From Nostoc sp. (GTDB lineage: Bacteria; Cyanobacteriota; Cyanobacteriia; Cyanobacteriales; Nostocaceae): a stretch of DNA of 64,000 nucleotides. The position numbers and the translations under genes are program-made. Location of the stretch: NCBI GenBank assembly GCA_036918135.1, contig JBALDB010000028.1, positions 128,001 to 192,000 on the forward strand. The letters run 5' to 3'. This document shows, piece after piece, positions 41,475-50,642 of this stretch; position 1 is the first letter of the stretch; every line of letters begins with the position of its first letter. The notes below the pieces were generated by a model. The model made no database searches. It worked only from the letters and a program-made list of their open reading frames with translations, and was not told the origin of the DNA.

Positions 41475-42344
41475 TTATGCAACTTTCAAGCTTAACTTTA
41501 ACCAGATGAAAACAGCTAGAAAGAGTAGAAACTGGACAAGCACAATACTCGGCCCAGAAGCAAGGTTGAAAAGACCTGACACAATGATGCCAATAATGCT
41601 GCTAATGGAACCGACTATTACTGAAATAATTAGAAAGCGGCTAAAGTGGTGACTCATTAGTTTGGCGGTGGAGGCGGGAATAACTAAAAAAGCATTTACC
41701 AGCAAAACCCCAACGGCTTTAATTGCTACAGCAACGGCGAGTGAAAGCAAAACTACAAAACAGTAGCGGTACAATTGCACGGGAATACCTTGAACCTGCG
41801 CTACATCTGGGTTAAGTGTCAATAAAATTTGCTGTTGCAGAGTTGATAGCAAAAATATGCAGCCTGCCAAAAGTACCAGTAGTGTCAAAATCAAATCTGT
41901 GGCATCAATAGCTAGAATATCGCCGAATAACACTGCCATCAAGTTGCCACGATATCCTTTAATTAGGCTAGTGAGAATCACCCCGATCGCTAATGCCCCA
42001 GATAGTACTATGCTAAGTACGCTATCGCTAGCTAAGTCGGTTTTGTCGATGAAGTAAAGGACTATAACACCAAAAACTAAGGTAAAAGGTAGCAGCATCC
42101 AAGTAGGATTTATCTGTAACAGCACACCCAACGCCACACCTACCAATGCTGCATGACCAACTGCGTGGCTGAAAAAAGACAACTGGCGCAAAGTCACGAA
42201 ACTACCCAGCATCCCACCAAGTATTCCCATCAACAAAGCACCTGCGATCGCCCGTTGCATAAACGGGTATTGTAATAAGCTTACTAAGTTATTACTATTG
42301 GCGATCGCTAGCCAATCTATGTGGCAATCATTGAACAAATCCAT
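41475..42344 (-). CDS. znuB: Zn/Mn ABC transporter permease
   Basis: SHAVGHAALVG, LFGDIL, VGVLLV..FLVIPA motifs. Confidence 0.88.
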   Translation of the reverse strand: MDLFNDCHIDWLAIANSNNLVSLLQYPFMQRAIAGALLMGILGGMLGSFVTLRQLSFFSHAVGHAALVGVALGVLLQINPTWMLLPFTLVFGVIVLYFIDKTDLASDSVLSIVLSGALAIGVILTSLIKGYRGNLMAVLFGDILAIDATDLILTLLVLLAGCIFLLSTLQQQILLTLNPDVAQVQGIPVQLYRYCFVVLLSLAVAVAIKAVGVLLVNAFLVIPASTAKLMSHHFSRFLIISVIVGSISSIIGIIVSGLFNLASGPSIVLVQFLLFLAVFIWLKLSLKVA

Positions 42345-42550
42345 ACTTATGAGAAATGCTTTTGATAAGTTCTTACAAGCAAGGTCGTAATGTATTTTAT
42401 ACTATGTTTTAAATTTAAAACTCCTAACTTTTGGGATTGATAAATAAAAAATATTCCACTGTTCAAAGTCAACAGTCATTAGTCATCAGTTAGCAACTTC
42501 AAACTGAATAATTTATTTTTTCAACTTCCCTTTAACTTGTAACTCCCAAG

Positions 42551-43351
42551 TTAATTATGATCGTGCTGGTAACGACTGAACCCCGGCCCATAGGTTGCTA
42601 ACAAGTTTTGCGGAGAAAGGGCAATTTCCGGCTTTCCAGTACAAACAATGGTTTGATTTAAGCAAAGCACGCGATCGCAATGACGACTTACCATATCAAT
42701 ATCATGGGAAACTTGCAATACTGTCCAACCCTCTTCCCGTTTTAATTCATTTAGTAAAGCATAAAAATCTGCGGCACCTTGTACATCAACTCCAGCAAAG
42801 GCTTCATCTAGTACCAAGAGTTTCCGTTGCTTCACCAAACAATAAGCCAACAACACGCGTTTAAGCTGACCACCGCTAAGAGTACCAATAGCCTGATGTT
42901 GTAAATGATAAGCATCGGTTCGCCGTAAAGCTTCTGTTATTGCTGTGGATTTTTCTTGGTCTTGTGTTCGCAATCTCAAAAAAAATGAATCCCCCCTTTT
43001 GCCTTTTGCCTTTGGCCTTTTGCTTTCACTTGTCCATCCTAGTCCTACCAATTCCCTAACAGAAATTGGAAAGCTGCGGTCAAAGAAGAAGTTTTGTGGC
43101 ATATATCCCAATAAGTGACGTAGATGCCCTAGCTTTGCAATTGGACGATCCAATATTTGAATCGTACCAGCACTTCGAGGTATCAAATCTAAGACTGCTT
43201 TGATCAGAGTACTTTTACCCGCGCCATTGGGCCCAACTATAGCTGTATCTGTTCCAGGCAACAATTCAAAGGAAACATTTTCTACAGCTAAATAACTGCC
43301 TTGATAAACAGTTAATCCTTCTACTTTCAAAATAGGAATATTATTAGTCAT
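42551..43351 (-). CDS. znuC: Zn/Mn ABC transporter ATPase
   Basis: GPNGAGKST, LSGGQ, LVLDE, VSHD; His-containing tail. Confidence 0.9.
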   Translation of the reverse strand: MTNNIPILKVEGLTVYQGSYLAVENVSFELLPGTDTAIVGPNGAGKSTLIKAVLDLIPRSAGTIQILDRPIAKLGHLRHLLGYMPQNFFFDRSFPISVRELVGLGWTSESKRPKAKGKRGDSFFLRLRTQDQEKSTAITEALRRTDAYHLQHQAIGTLSGGQLKRVLLAYCLVKQRKLLVLDEAFAGVDVQGAADFYALLNELKREEGWTVLQVSHDIDMVSRHCDRVLCLNQTIVCTGKPEIALSPQNLLATYGPGFSRYQHDHN

Positions 43352-43430
43352 TGGTAATTAGTCATTGGTTATTTGGCATTGGTCATTAGTCATTAGTCAT
43401 TTGCAAAGGATAATTGACAAAGGACAAACT
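43345..43430. repeat. STRR heptamer tract (GTCATTA/GTCATTG)
   Basis: Tandem gtcattg/gtcatta units between znuA and znuC. Confidence 0.8.
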
Positions 43431-44446
43431 TATTTACATGCCGTTTCTAGAGTTTGTAAGTTAGCTTTCATCGCTTGGAAATAATGCTGTGGATCTGTTT
43501 GACCTGTTTCTAAAGAATCTAAAGTACGCAAACTTAACTTCAAGTCTTTGGAGAGACTTGTGAGTAATTTATTATCTACTCCTGGTTCACTAAATAAGGC
43601 TTTAACTTTGTACTTTTTCACAGCGTTGACGGCATTTTGTACGTCAGTTGGTGAAAGTTGGTCTTCGGGAATTTCTACTACTGCAACTTGTTTGAGGTTA
43701 TAGCGTCTTGCTAAGTATGGAAATGCGTCATGAAAGGTGATAAAGGTACAACTCGGAGTTTTTTGTAATGTTTGCTGAAATTCACTGTTTAAATTTTCTA
43801 ATTCTTTTATATAAGCCGCAGCATTAGTCTGATAAGTAGCTTTATTTGCAGGGTCAGCAGCAATTAAACCATCCCGAATATTAGTTACTTGCTGTTTTGC
43901 CAAAACTGGATCTAACCAAACGTGAGGATTGCCTTGGGCGTGTTCGTGGTCGCTATCTTCCTCGTTTTTCCCAGTTTTCTCAACAGGTGAAATTTGATTT
44001 AAGGGTTTAATACCTTTACTGGCGTCAATTTCTACTAATTTAGAATTTTGGGCATTCTTGACAGTATCTTCTAAAAATTCCTCCAACCCTAAACCATTTT
44101 TTACTAATACATTGGCAGTGGCGATCGCTTTGACATTTTCTGGTGTCGCTTGATATTCGTGTACCTCCGTACCAGGTGGCACTAAAATTTCTACATCTGC
44201 AACGTTTCCAGCTACTGCCTTAGTAAACAAATATATCGGCAAAAATGTCGTCACTACTTTAGTTTTTCCTCGCTGCGCTGTTGGTGTAGATGCAGCCTCC
44301 TGTGCTTGCGGCGACTGTTGAGCAGTTGTTCCTTGATTTTGATTCGATTCGCTACAGCCACCAGCCATTGACAACATTAACACAGCAACTAATGACACGA
44401 TGCCGCTTCGCTGTCTGCGGGTTCTAGATATTCTGCAATTCTTCAT
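43430..44446 (-). CDS. znuA: Zn/Mn ABC transporter substrate-binding lipoprotein
   Basis: Lipobox-like Cys, EVHEY, NPHVWLDP, FHDAF; short His/acidic loop. Confidence 0.9.
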   Translation of the reverse strand: MKNCRISRTRRQRSGIVSLVAVLMLSMAGGCSESNQNQGTTAQQSPQAQEAASTPTAQRGKTKVVTTFLPIYLFTKAVAGNVADVEILVPPGTEVHEYQATPENVKAIATANVLVKNGLGLEEFLEDTVKNAQNSKLVEIDASKGIKPLNQISPVEKTGKNEEDSDHEHAQGNPHVWLDPVLAKQQVTNIRDGLIAADPANKATYQTNAAAYIKELENLNSEFQQTLQKTPSCTFITFHDAFPYLARRYNLKQVAVVEIPEDQLSPTDVQNAVNAVKKYKVKALFSEPGVDNKLLTSLSKDLKLSLRTLDSLETGQTDPQHYFQAMKANLQTLETACK

Positions 44447-44499
44447 CAGAGTGTTTTCTCCTCAAAACCTATACATACTGTGCCTTTGCACAATTTTTG

Positions 44500-44545
44500 T
44501 TGACAATGATACTTATTCTACTATAATAATTCTCATTCTCAATCA
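44500..44545. promoter_or_regulatory. Probable Zur/Fur-family box(es) between znuA and the porin gene
   Basis: tgacaatgatacttattctactataataattctcattctcaat resembles TGATAATnATTATCA dyads. Confidence 0.55.
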
Positions 44546-44769
44546 AAGTACACATATTATTTAAGTATTTACTGTGTAAAGAATGACGACATAAGTTGTT
44601 CAGCAGGGCTGCTCTAGCATTTAAATTTTGCCAAAATAATTAAGATTTCTTGAAAGATTTTGTTAACAATCTTGCATACTTCTGATAAGATTACTGACGA
44701 GTTTTTAATAAAATGTGCTTTAAAAAAGCGCGGTGTGAGTGCGAACTATAAAAAAGTGTGAGGAGAAAA

Positions 44770-46392
44770 ATGCAAAAATTTTGTAAATATCTGCTAATTA
44801 GTCCAGCATTATGCAGTGTAGTGTTATTGATGAATACTGCTGCATTTGCAGGTGAAACATCAAACACTTCCCAAATCAATCAAGCGCAAATTATAACTAC
44901 TCCAAACACAAAAGTTCAGAATATAGCTGAAGATAAGACAACGGCGCAAGTTACCTCAGTGTCTCAGCTGTCAGATGTGCAAACTACAGACTGGGCATTC
45001 CAAGCATTGCAATCATTAGTAGAACGCTATGGTTGTATTGCAGGATACCCAAATAGCACTTATCGTGGTAATCGGGCACTGACACGGTATGAGTTTGCTG
45101 CTGGTTTAAATGCTTGTCTCGATCGGGTTAACGAACTAATTGCGACAGCCACCGGCGATTTGGTTAACAAACAAGATTTAGCCACATTACAAAAGCTACA
45201 ACAAGATTTTTCAGCTGAACTGGTGACACTGCGGGGTCGTGTAGATGCAGTAGAAGCACGCACTGCTGAGGTAGAAGCAAATCGGTTTTCCACCACAACC
45301 AAACTGCAAGGGGAAGTTATTGCAGTCGTCAGCGATGTTTTGTCAGGAAATACAGTCAACGGTGCAGAAATTACAGAAAAGAATACAACTTTGGGGCTAA
45401 GGGCGCGGATAGAATTAGTTACCAGCTTTACAGGGCAAGATACGCTGTTCACTAGAATTCAGGCTGATAATATTTTCAGCCCTAATATTGGTACACCAGA
45501 GGGCAATTTATTTTTTGCTGGCGAGGATGGTACTACTAATACCAGTATCGATGCACTATATTACAAATTTCCCTTGGGCAAAAACACAGAGGTAATTGCT
45601 CTTGCCAATGCAGGTGCAGCAGATGACCTGACCAATACGATTAATCTCTTTGATGGTGATGGTTCTTTTGGGGCTTTATCCACCTTTGGTACACGCAACC
45701 CAATTTATAACCAGATAAATGGTGCGGGGTTGGGAATAACATATAACTTCAGCCAACAATTAGGGCTAAGTCTAGGGTATTTGAGTGGTACAGCTAATAA
45801 CCCTACATTTAATAATGGTTTGTTCAATGGTTCTTACGGTGCGTTGGCACAGCTGACAGTTCAACCTAGCGATCGCATTTCTATCGGTTTAACTTACATC
45901 AATTCTTATAACCAACCACTACTCACAGGTAGCAATGCAGCTACCTTCCAAGATATAGCAGCTATCCAAGGTTTACCGGAAGAAGAAGTCGGATTTTCCA
46001 GTAATTCTTACGGTGTCCAAGCATCCATTGGCATTACTGACAAGATAGTTTTAGGTGGTTGGGCTGGATACACAAATAGCCGAAGCTTGAGAGGAAACCG
46101 TGGAGATGTTGACATTTGGAACTATGCTGTTACCCTTGGCTTTCCTGACCTGGGTACAAAAGGCAGCTTAGCAGGTATTATTGCAGGTATGGAGCCTAAA
46201 GTAACAAATTCTACCCTAGCAGGACTAGCTGAAGATGCGGATACATCCTATCATCTGGAAGCATTCTACCAATATAAGCTTAGTGATAATATTACCATTA
46301 CTCCAGGAGTCATTTGGCTAACAGCCCCAGATCATAACAATGACAATGATGATGTTGTGATTGGTGCCCTGAGAACCACATTCAGTTTCTAA
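44770..46392 (+). CDS. Cyanobacterial SLH-domain/OprB-type porin
   Basis: QVTSVSQLSDV..DWAFQALQSLVERYGC, FSTTTKL, terminal LRTTFSF. Confidence 0.93.
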   Translation: MQKFCKYLLISPALCSVVLLMNTAAFAGETSNTSQINQAQIITTPNTKVQNIAEDKTTAQVTSVSQLSDVQTTDWAFQALQSLVERYGCIAGYPNSTYRGNRALTRYEFAAGLNACLDRVNELIATATGDLVNKQDLATLQKLQQDFSAELVTLRGRVDAVEARTAEVEANRFSTTTKLQGEVIAVVSDVLSGNTVNGAEITEKNTTLGLRARIELVTSFTGQDTLFTRIQADNIFSPNIGTPEGNLFFAGEDGTTNTSIDALYYKFPLGKNTEVIALANAGAADDLTNTINLFDGDGSFGALSTFGTRNPIYNQINGAGLGITYNFSQQLGLSLGYLSGTANNPTFNNGLFNGSYGALAQLTVQPSDRISIGLTYINSYNQPLLTGSNAATFQDIAAIQGLPEEEVGFSSNSYGVQASIGITDKIVLGGWAGYTNSRSLRGNRGDVDIWNYAVTLGFPDLGTKGSLAGIIAGMEPKVTNSTLAGLAEDADTSYHLEAFYQYKLSDNITITPGVIWLTAPDHNNDNDDVVIGALRTTFSF

Positions 46393-46410
46393 TTTTCAAT
46401 ATTTCAAAAT

Positions 46411-46439
46411 AAAGACGCAAAAGAGTATTTTGCGTCTTT
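46411..46439 (+). terminator. Terminator after the porin gene
   Basis: aaagacgcaaaa-gagta-ttttgcgtcttt. Confidence 0.7.
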
Positions 46440-46760
46440 TGTTTTATAGCAGGAGGCAGGAGGCAGAAGGCAGGAGGCAGAAGGTGGAAACTCTTTATAT
46501 CTGATGAATCAGTCCTGCATTTTATACCTCACTCACTTGCAATCTGCTGTAGCTAACGCACCCTACGTATATTTCAACAATTAAATATGAGTCCTATATA
46601 TGATATTAAAATAAGCACAGAACATTCAGCTTAATCTGTTTAAGATTACTGAGTAAACTGTGCCCAACAGGCGAGTAATTATAAAAATACCGCACAAACT
46701 TTAAATAATCCCCTTCCTTCAAGAAAGGGGAGAGTCAAAGCCCTAATTGTAAATGTTCTT

Positions 46761-47016
46761 TAAGACTGATAAATCAAAAAATATCCTACTATTTACAGTC
46801 AATGGTCATCAGTCATCAGTCAACAACTTCAAACCGGATAATTTATATCATGTTCGGGTGAATACTTGTCATTGCGTTAGCCCTTGGCCTTCCCGTAGGG
46901 TACGAAGTGAAGCGATCGCACTTGACTTTGTGATTGCTTCACTTCACTTCTTGCACTCGCTTTGGGCATATCACAAGTGATTAGCCGAACATGATATTAT
47001 TTTTTGCAGTTCCCTT
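46761..47016. mobile_element. Nested MITE-like elements (TATCATG-type 46846-46996 inside an AGGGA-type element)
   Basis: Inner element has TATCATGTTCGG/CCGAACATGATA termini and TTA duplication; removing it restores the host terminus ggataatttattttttgcagttccct. Confidence 0.75.
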
Positions 47017-47046
47017 CCACGCTTGATATTATCGCTGTATCACCAT

Positions 47047-47208
47047 CTACCAAATATCAGCTGTACCTTTCTTATAAGGCTCACCAGTAAAAGGTTGTAC
47101 GCCAATAATAGGATACGCATCATCAGTAGGGCCAAAAATCCGCATTGCAGCTTCTGAAATATACTGGGTCACATTAGCAAGCATTTGGGAAATATTGAAA
47201 ATAGTCAT
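47047..47208 (-). CDS. atpT: 53-aa small protein, probable ATP synthase inhibitor AtpTheta (Norf1)
   Basis: MTIFNISQMLANVTQYISEAAMRIFGPTDDAYPIIGVQPFTGEPYKKGTADIW with AGGAG RBS; RIF.P.DD.YP..GVQPF.G motif recalled for this family. Confidence 0.65.
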   Translation of the reverse strand: MTIFNISQMLANVTQYISEAAMRIFGPTDDAYPIIGVQPFTGEPYKKGTADIW

Positions 47209-47644
47209 ATTATTTGACTCCTAATTTTCGAGCCGCTTTAATCGTGATACCTCTACTCTAATTCTGATTTTCTTAGCTAGCTGCAACTCTCAATATATTG
47301 AAAATCTATGCAATATTTATTCAGATAAGTTTGCAATACTTTAGCTTTTCAAAAAGTCAAAACTTTTTCTTAATTTTAATTGTAACACAACTATTTCCTA
47401 AGAACTCAGCACTCAGGAGGAGGCAGTGCGCTGGAGGGGTTTGCTGACTTGTTCGCTCTTAGCTTCCTGCTATCAAAGCAACTACCATTCAAAAGCCAGA
47501 ATTTATCAAAACGTAATATTAGTGCCAAGCCAGAAGATGCTGCACTTTTACTATTAAAAAACATTAAATAATTAATAAAGTTAATATAAATCTGCCTGTA
47601 AATTCATACTTGTACAGTAATCTCAGAAGTATATTCACTGGGAG

Positions 47645-47679
47645 TTGACATTATTTATGGTGAATAATACCATAAATAA
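47645..47679 (+). promoter_or_regulatory. pncB promoter with overlapping NrtR operator
   Basis: TTGACA at 47645 followed by the palindrome TTATTTATGGT-N7-ACCATAAATAA; nrtR is in the operon. Confidence 0.8.
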
Positions 47680-47708
47680 AAGAAGCGTTCTTATAAGGAA
47701 GCTCTAGC

Positions 47709-49121
47709 ATGACAACTTTCTCAGATTTAGATTATGTAAATAAGCAGCAAACCCAGCAGAATCAGGAACTAAACCTATGTGCGGATGACTACAGTTTGCT
47801 GACTGACCTTTACCAATTGACGATGGCGGCTTGTTACGTAGGCGAAGGTATAGAACAACGACGGGCAAGCTTTGAGTTGTCTGTCAGACGCTTGCCTCCT
47901 AATTTTGGTTATTTAATTGCAATGGGCTTGGCGCAGGCGTTGGCATATTTAGAAAAATTTCGCTTTAATTCATCGCAAATTGCGGCGTTACAAGCGACAG
48001 GAATTTTTGCTGGGGCAAGCGATCGCTTTTGGTCGTTGTTAGCTCAAGGCCAGTTTAATGGGGATGTTTGGGCAGTCCCAGAAGGAACGGCTGTGTTTGC
48101 CAATCAACCACTGTTACGCATTGAAGCACCGCTTTGGCAAGCACAACTAGTAGAAACCTATCTTTTAAATACTATTAATTACCAAACTTTAATTGCTACA
48201 AAAGCAGCCCGCTTGCGGGATGTAGCTGGAGACTCAGCGACACTTTTAGAATTTGGCACAAGACGGGCATTTAGTCCCCAAGGATCTTTGTGGGCGGTGC
48301 GGGCGGCGTTGGCTGGTGGATTGGATTCCAGTTCCAATGTGTTAGCAGCGCTACAACTGGGACAAAAGCCAAGTGGTACGATGGCACACGCCTTAGTGAT
48401 GGCGCTGTCAGCAGTAGAAGGTACTGAAGAACAAGCCTTTAGTGCATTTCATCGATATTTTCCGGGTGCGCCATTGTTGATTGATACCTACGATACCGTT
48501 GCTGCTGCCCAACGCTTAGCTGCAAAAGTAAATTCCGGGGAAATGCAATTAACAGGAGTGAGATTGGACTCAGGAGACTTAATTACCTTATCAAAACAAG
48601 TGCGATCGCTACTTCCTGGTGTGACAATTTTTGCTAGTGGCGATTTGGATGAGTGGGAAATTGCCAGACTCAAAGCTGCTGGGGCTGAAATTGATGGTTA
48701 CGGATTGGGAACGCGATTAGTTACAGGTTCTCCCATAAATGGAGTTTATAAACTTGTAGACATTGACGGCATCCCAGTGATGAAGCAGTCGAGTGGCAAG
48801 ATAACTTATCCAGGACGCAAGCAGATTTTTCGCTCCTTGACAGAAGGTAAGGTAAAAGCAGACAGGTTGGGACTTTTAGGTGAAAGTTCTTTGGAACAAC
48901 CATTATTAGAGTTGGTAGTCCAGCAGGGTAAACAGTTGCAACCGCCCGAAACTTTGGAAACAATTCGTCAGCGTACTGCTGCCTCAGTTGCCAGTTTGCC
49001 ACAACAAACGCGGCGCTTAGATCGTCCTGTGGCTGTAGAAGTAGAAATTTCTGCCGCACTGCAAGAGTTGACAGAGGAAACTAAAAAACGAATCGCACAG
49101 GCACAGAAAACACACAGATAA
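47709..49121 (+). CDS. pncB: Nicotinate phosphoribosyltransferase
   Basis: LLTDLYQLTM, EFGTRRA, GTMAH, LIDTYD, VRLDSGD, VYKL. Confidence 0.95.
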   Translation: MTTFSDLDYVNKQQTQQNQELNLCADDYSLLTDLYQLTMAACYVGEGIEQRRASFELSVRRLPPNFGYLIAMGLAQALAYLEKFRFNSSQIAALQATGIFAGASDRFWSLLAQGQFNGDVWAVPEGTAVFANQPLLRIEAPLWQAQLVETYLLNTINYQTLIATKAARLRDVAGDSATLLEFGTRRAFSPQGSLWAVRAALAGGLDSSSNVLAALQLGQKPSGTMAHALVMALSAVEGTEEQAFSAFHRYFPGAPLLIDTYDTVAAAQRLAAKVNSGEMQLTGVRLDSGDLITLSKQVRSLLPGVTIFASGDLDEWEIARLKAAGAEIDGYGLGTRLVTGSPINGVYKLVDIDGIPVMKQSSGKITYPGRKQIFRSLTEGKVKADRLGLLGESSLEQPLLELVVQQGKQLQPPETLETIRQRTAASVASLPQQTRRLDRPVAVEVEISAALQELTEETKKRIAQAQKTHR

Positions 49122-49157
49122 AAATACTCTTTGAGTATGTCTTAATTACGAATTACT

Positions 49158-49757
49158 ATGAGAATTGCTTTATTTGGAACTAGTGCCGATCCGCCAACTA
49201 CTGGACATCAGGAAATTCTGGGTTGGTTGTCTGAGCGTTACGAGCAAGTAGCGGTTTGGGCAGCGGATAATCCATTTAAGTCCCATCAAACACCTTTAGA
49301 GCATCGGGCGGCAATGCTGCAATTGTTGATTGCGGATATAGACGCACCACCGCACAATATTGCTTTGGAGCAAGAATTGAGTAGCTTGAGAACGCTAGAA
49401 ACAGTGGAAAAAGCCAAATTACATTGGGGTGAGAACGTTGAATTAACTTTAGTAATTGGTTCGGATTTACTGACTCAGCTACCAAATTGGTATCGCATTG
49501 AAGATTTGTTACAGGAAGTGCAACTATTGATTGTACCGCGACCGGGATATGCAATAGATGAGTCTAATTTGGAGGTAGTCCAAAAGTTGGGAGGCAAGAT
49601 GGCGATCGCTAGTCTAACTGGCCTAGATATTTCCTCAACAGCCTACCGCGAACATGGAGATTCTCAAGCCCTGACTCCCCCTGTAGTTGCTTATATTAAT
49701 CGAGAGCATTTATACAAATGCCAGGACGCCAGCAAAAAAAGATTTCAACTCCGCTAA
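49158..49757 (+). CDS. nadD: Nicotinate-nucleotide adenylyltransferase
   Basis: FGTSADPPTTGH, IGSDL, ISST. Confidence 0.9.
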   Translation: MRIALFGTSADPPTTGHQEILGWLSERYEQVAVWAADNPFKSHQTPLEHRAAMLQLLIADIDAPPHNIALEQELSSLRTLETVEKAKLHWGENVELTLVIGSDLLTQLPNWYRIEDLLQEVQLLIVPRPGYAIDESNLEVVQKLGGKMAIASLTGLDISSTAYREHGDSQALTPPVVAYINREHLYKCQDASKKRFQLR

Positions 49758-50464
49758 ACCAACAACCTTTGGCCGATTTCAAGGTTGGTGTTGATAATGT
49801 AATTTTTTCTGTAGATACTGCACAAAATCGGCTGTTAGTTCTATTAGTAATGCGACAGCAAGAACCATTTTTAAATCATTGGAGTCTTCCCGGTACTTTG
49901 GTGCGTCGAGGAGAGTCTTTGGAAGATGCCGCATATCGCATTATGGCGGAGAAAATTAAGGTAAACAACCTCTATTTGGAACAACTTTATACCTTTGGAG
50001 GGCCGAATCGCGACCCGCGGGAAGCAACTGATAGCTATGGTGTGCGTTATCTATCAGTTAGTTATTTTGCTCTTGTGCGATTTGAAGAAGCTGAATTGAT
50101 TGCCGATCGCGTTACAGGTATAGCGTGGTATCCAGTTAAACAAGTCCCACAATTGGCTTTCGATCATAATGAAATTTTGACCTATGGACATAGGCGTTTG
50201 CGAAATAAATTGGAGTATAGTCCGGTGGCTTTTGAAGTCTTGCCAGAAATGTTCACGTTAAATGATTTATATCAGTTATATGCCACAGTTTTAGGTGACA
50301 ATTTTTCTGATTATTCTAATTTTCGGGCGCGTTTACTCAAGTTAGGTTTTTTATCCGATACCGGAATTAAAGTCTCACGGGGTGCTGGTCGTCCGGCTAG
50401 TTTATATAAGTTTGATGCCGAAGCCTTTGCCCCCTTAAAAGATAAACCTTTGGTGTTTATTTAA
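49718..50464 (+). CDS. nrtR: NrtR-family Nudix/wHTH transcriptional regulator
   Basis: WSLPG, LEQLYTF..P.RDPR, LAFDH, SNFR, GRPASLY. Confidence 0.88.
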   Translation: MPGRQQKKISTPLNQQPLADFKVGVDNVIFSVDTAQNRLLVLLVMRQQEPFLNHWSLPGTLVRRGESLEDAAYRIMAEKIKVNNLYLEQLYTFGGPNRDPREATDSYGVRYLSVSYFALVRFEEAELIADRVTGIAWYPVKQVPQLAFDHNEILTYGHRRLRNKLEYSPVAFEVLPEMFTLNDLYQLYATVLGDNFSDYSNFRARLLKLGFLSDTGIKVSRGAGRPASLYKFDAEAFAPLKDKPLVFI

Positions 50465-50642
50465 TTAGGGAGATGAGGGGGATGAGGGAGATGGGGAAGT
50501 GTGGGGAGAGAGGAGGGCAAGATTTCTTCCCCATCCTCCCTATCCTCCTTTTCCTCCCATACTTGCATTTGTTCCCCATCCTCCCACACCTCCCACACTC
50601 CCTGTTTGACCAATGACCAATGACCAATGACTAATAACTAAT

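Noticed and set aside
46753..46980. 75-aa ORF
   Set aside because: Lies entirely within nested MITE-like elements.
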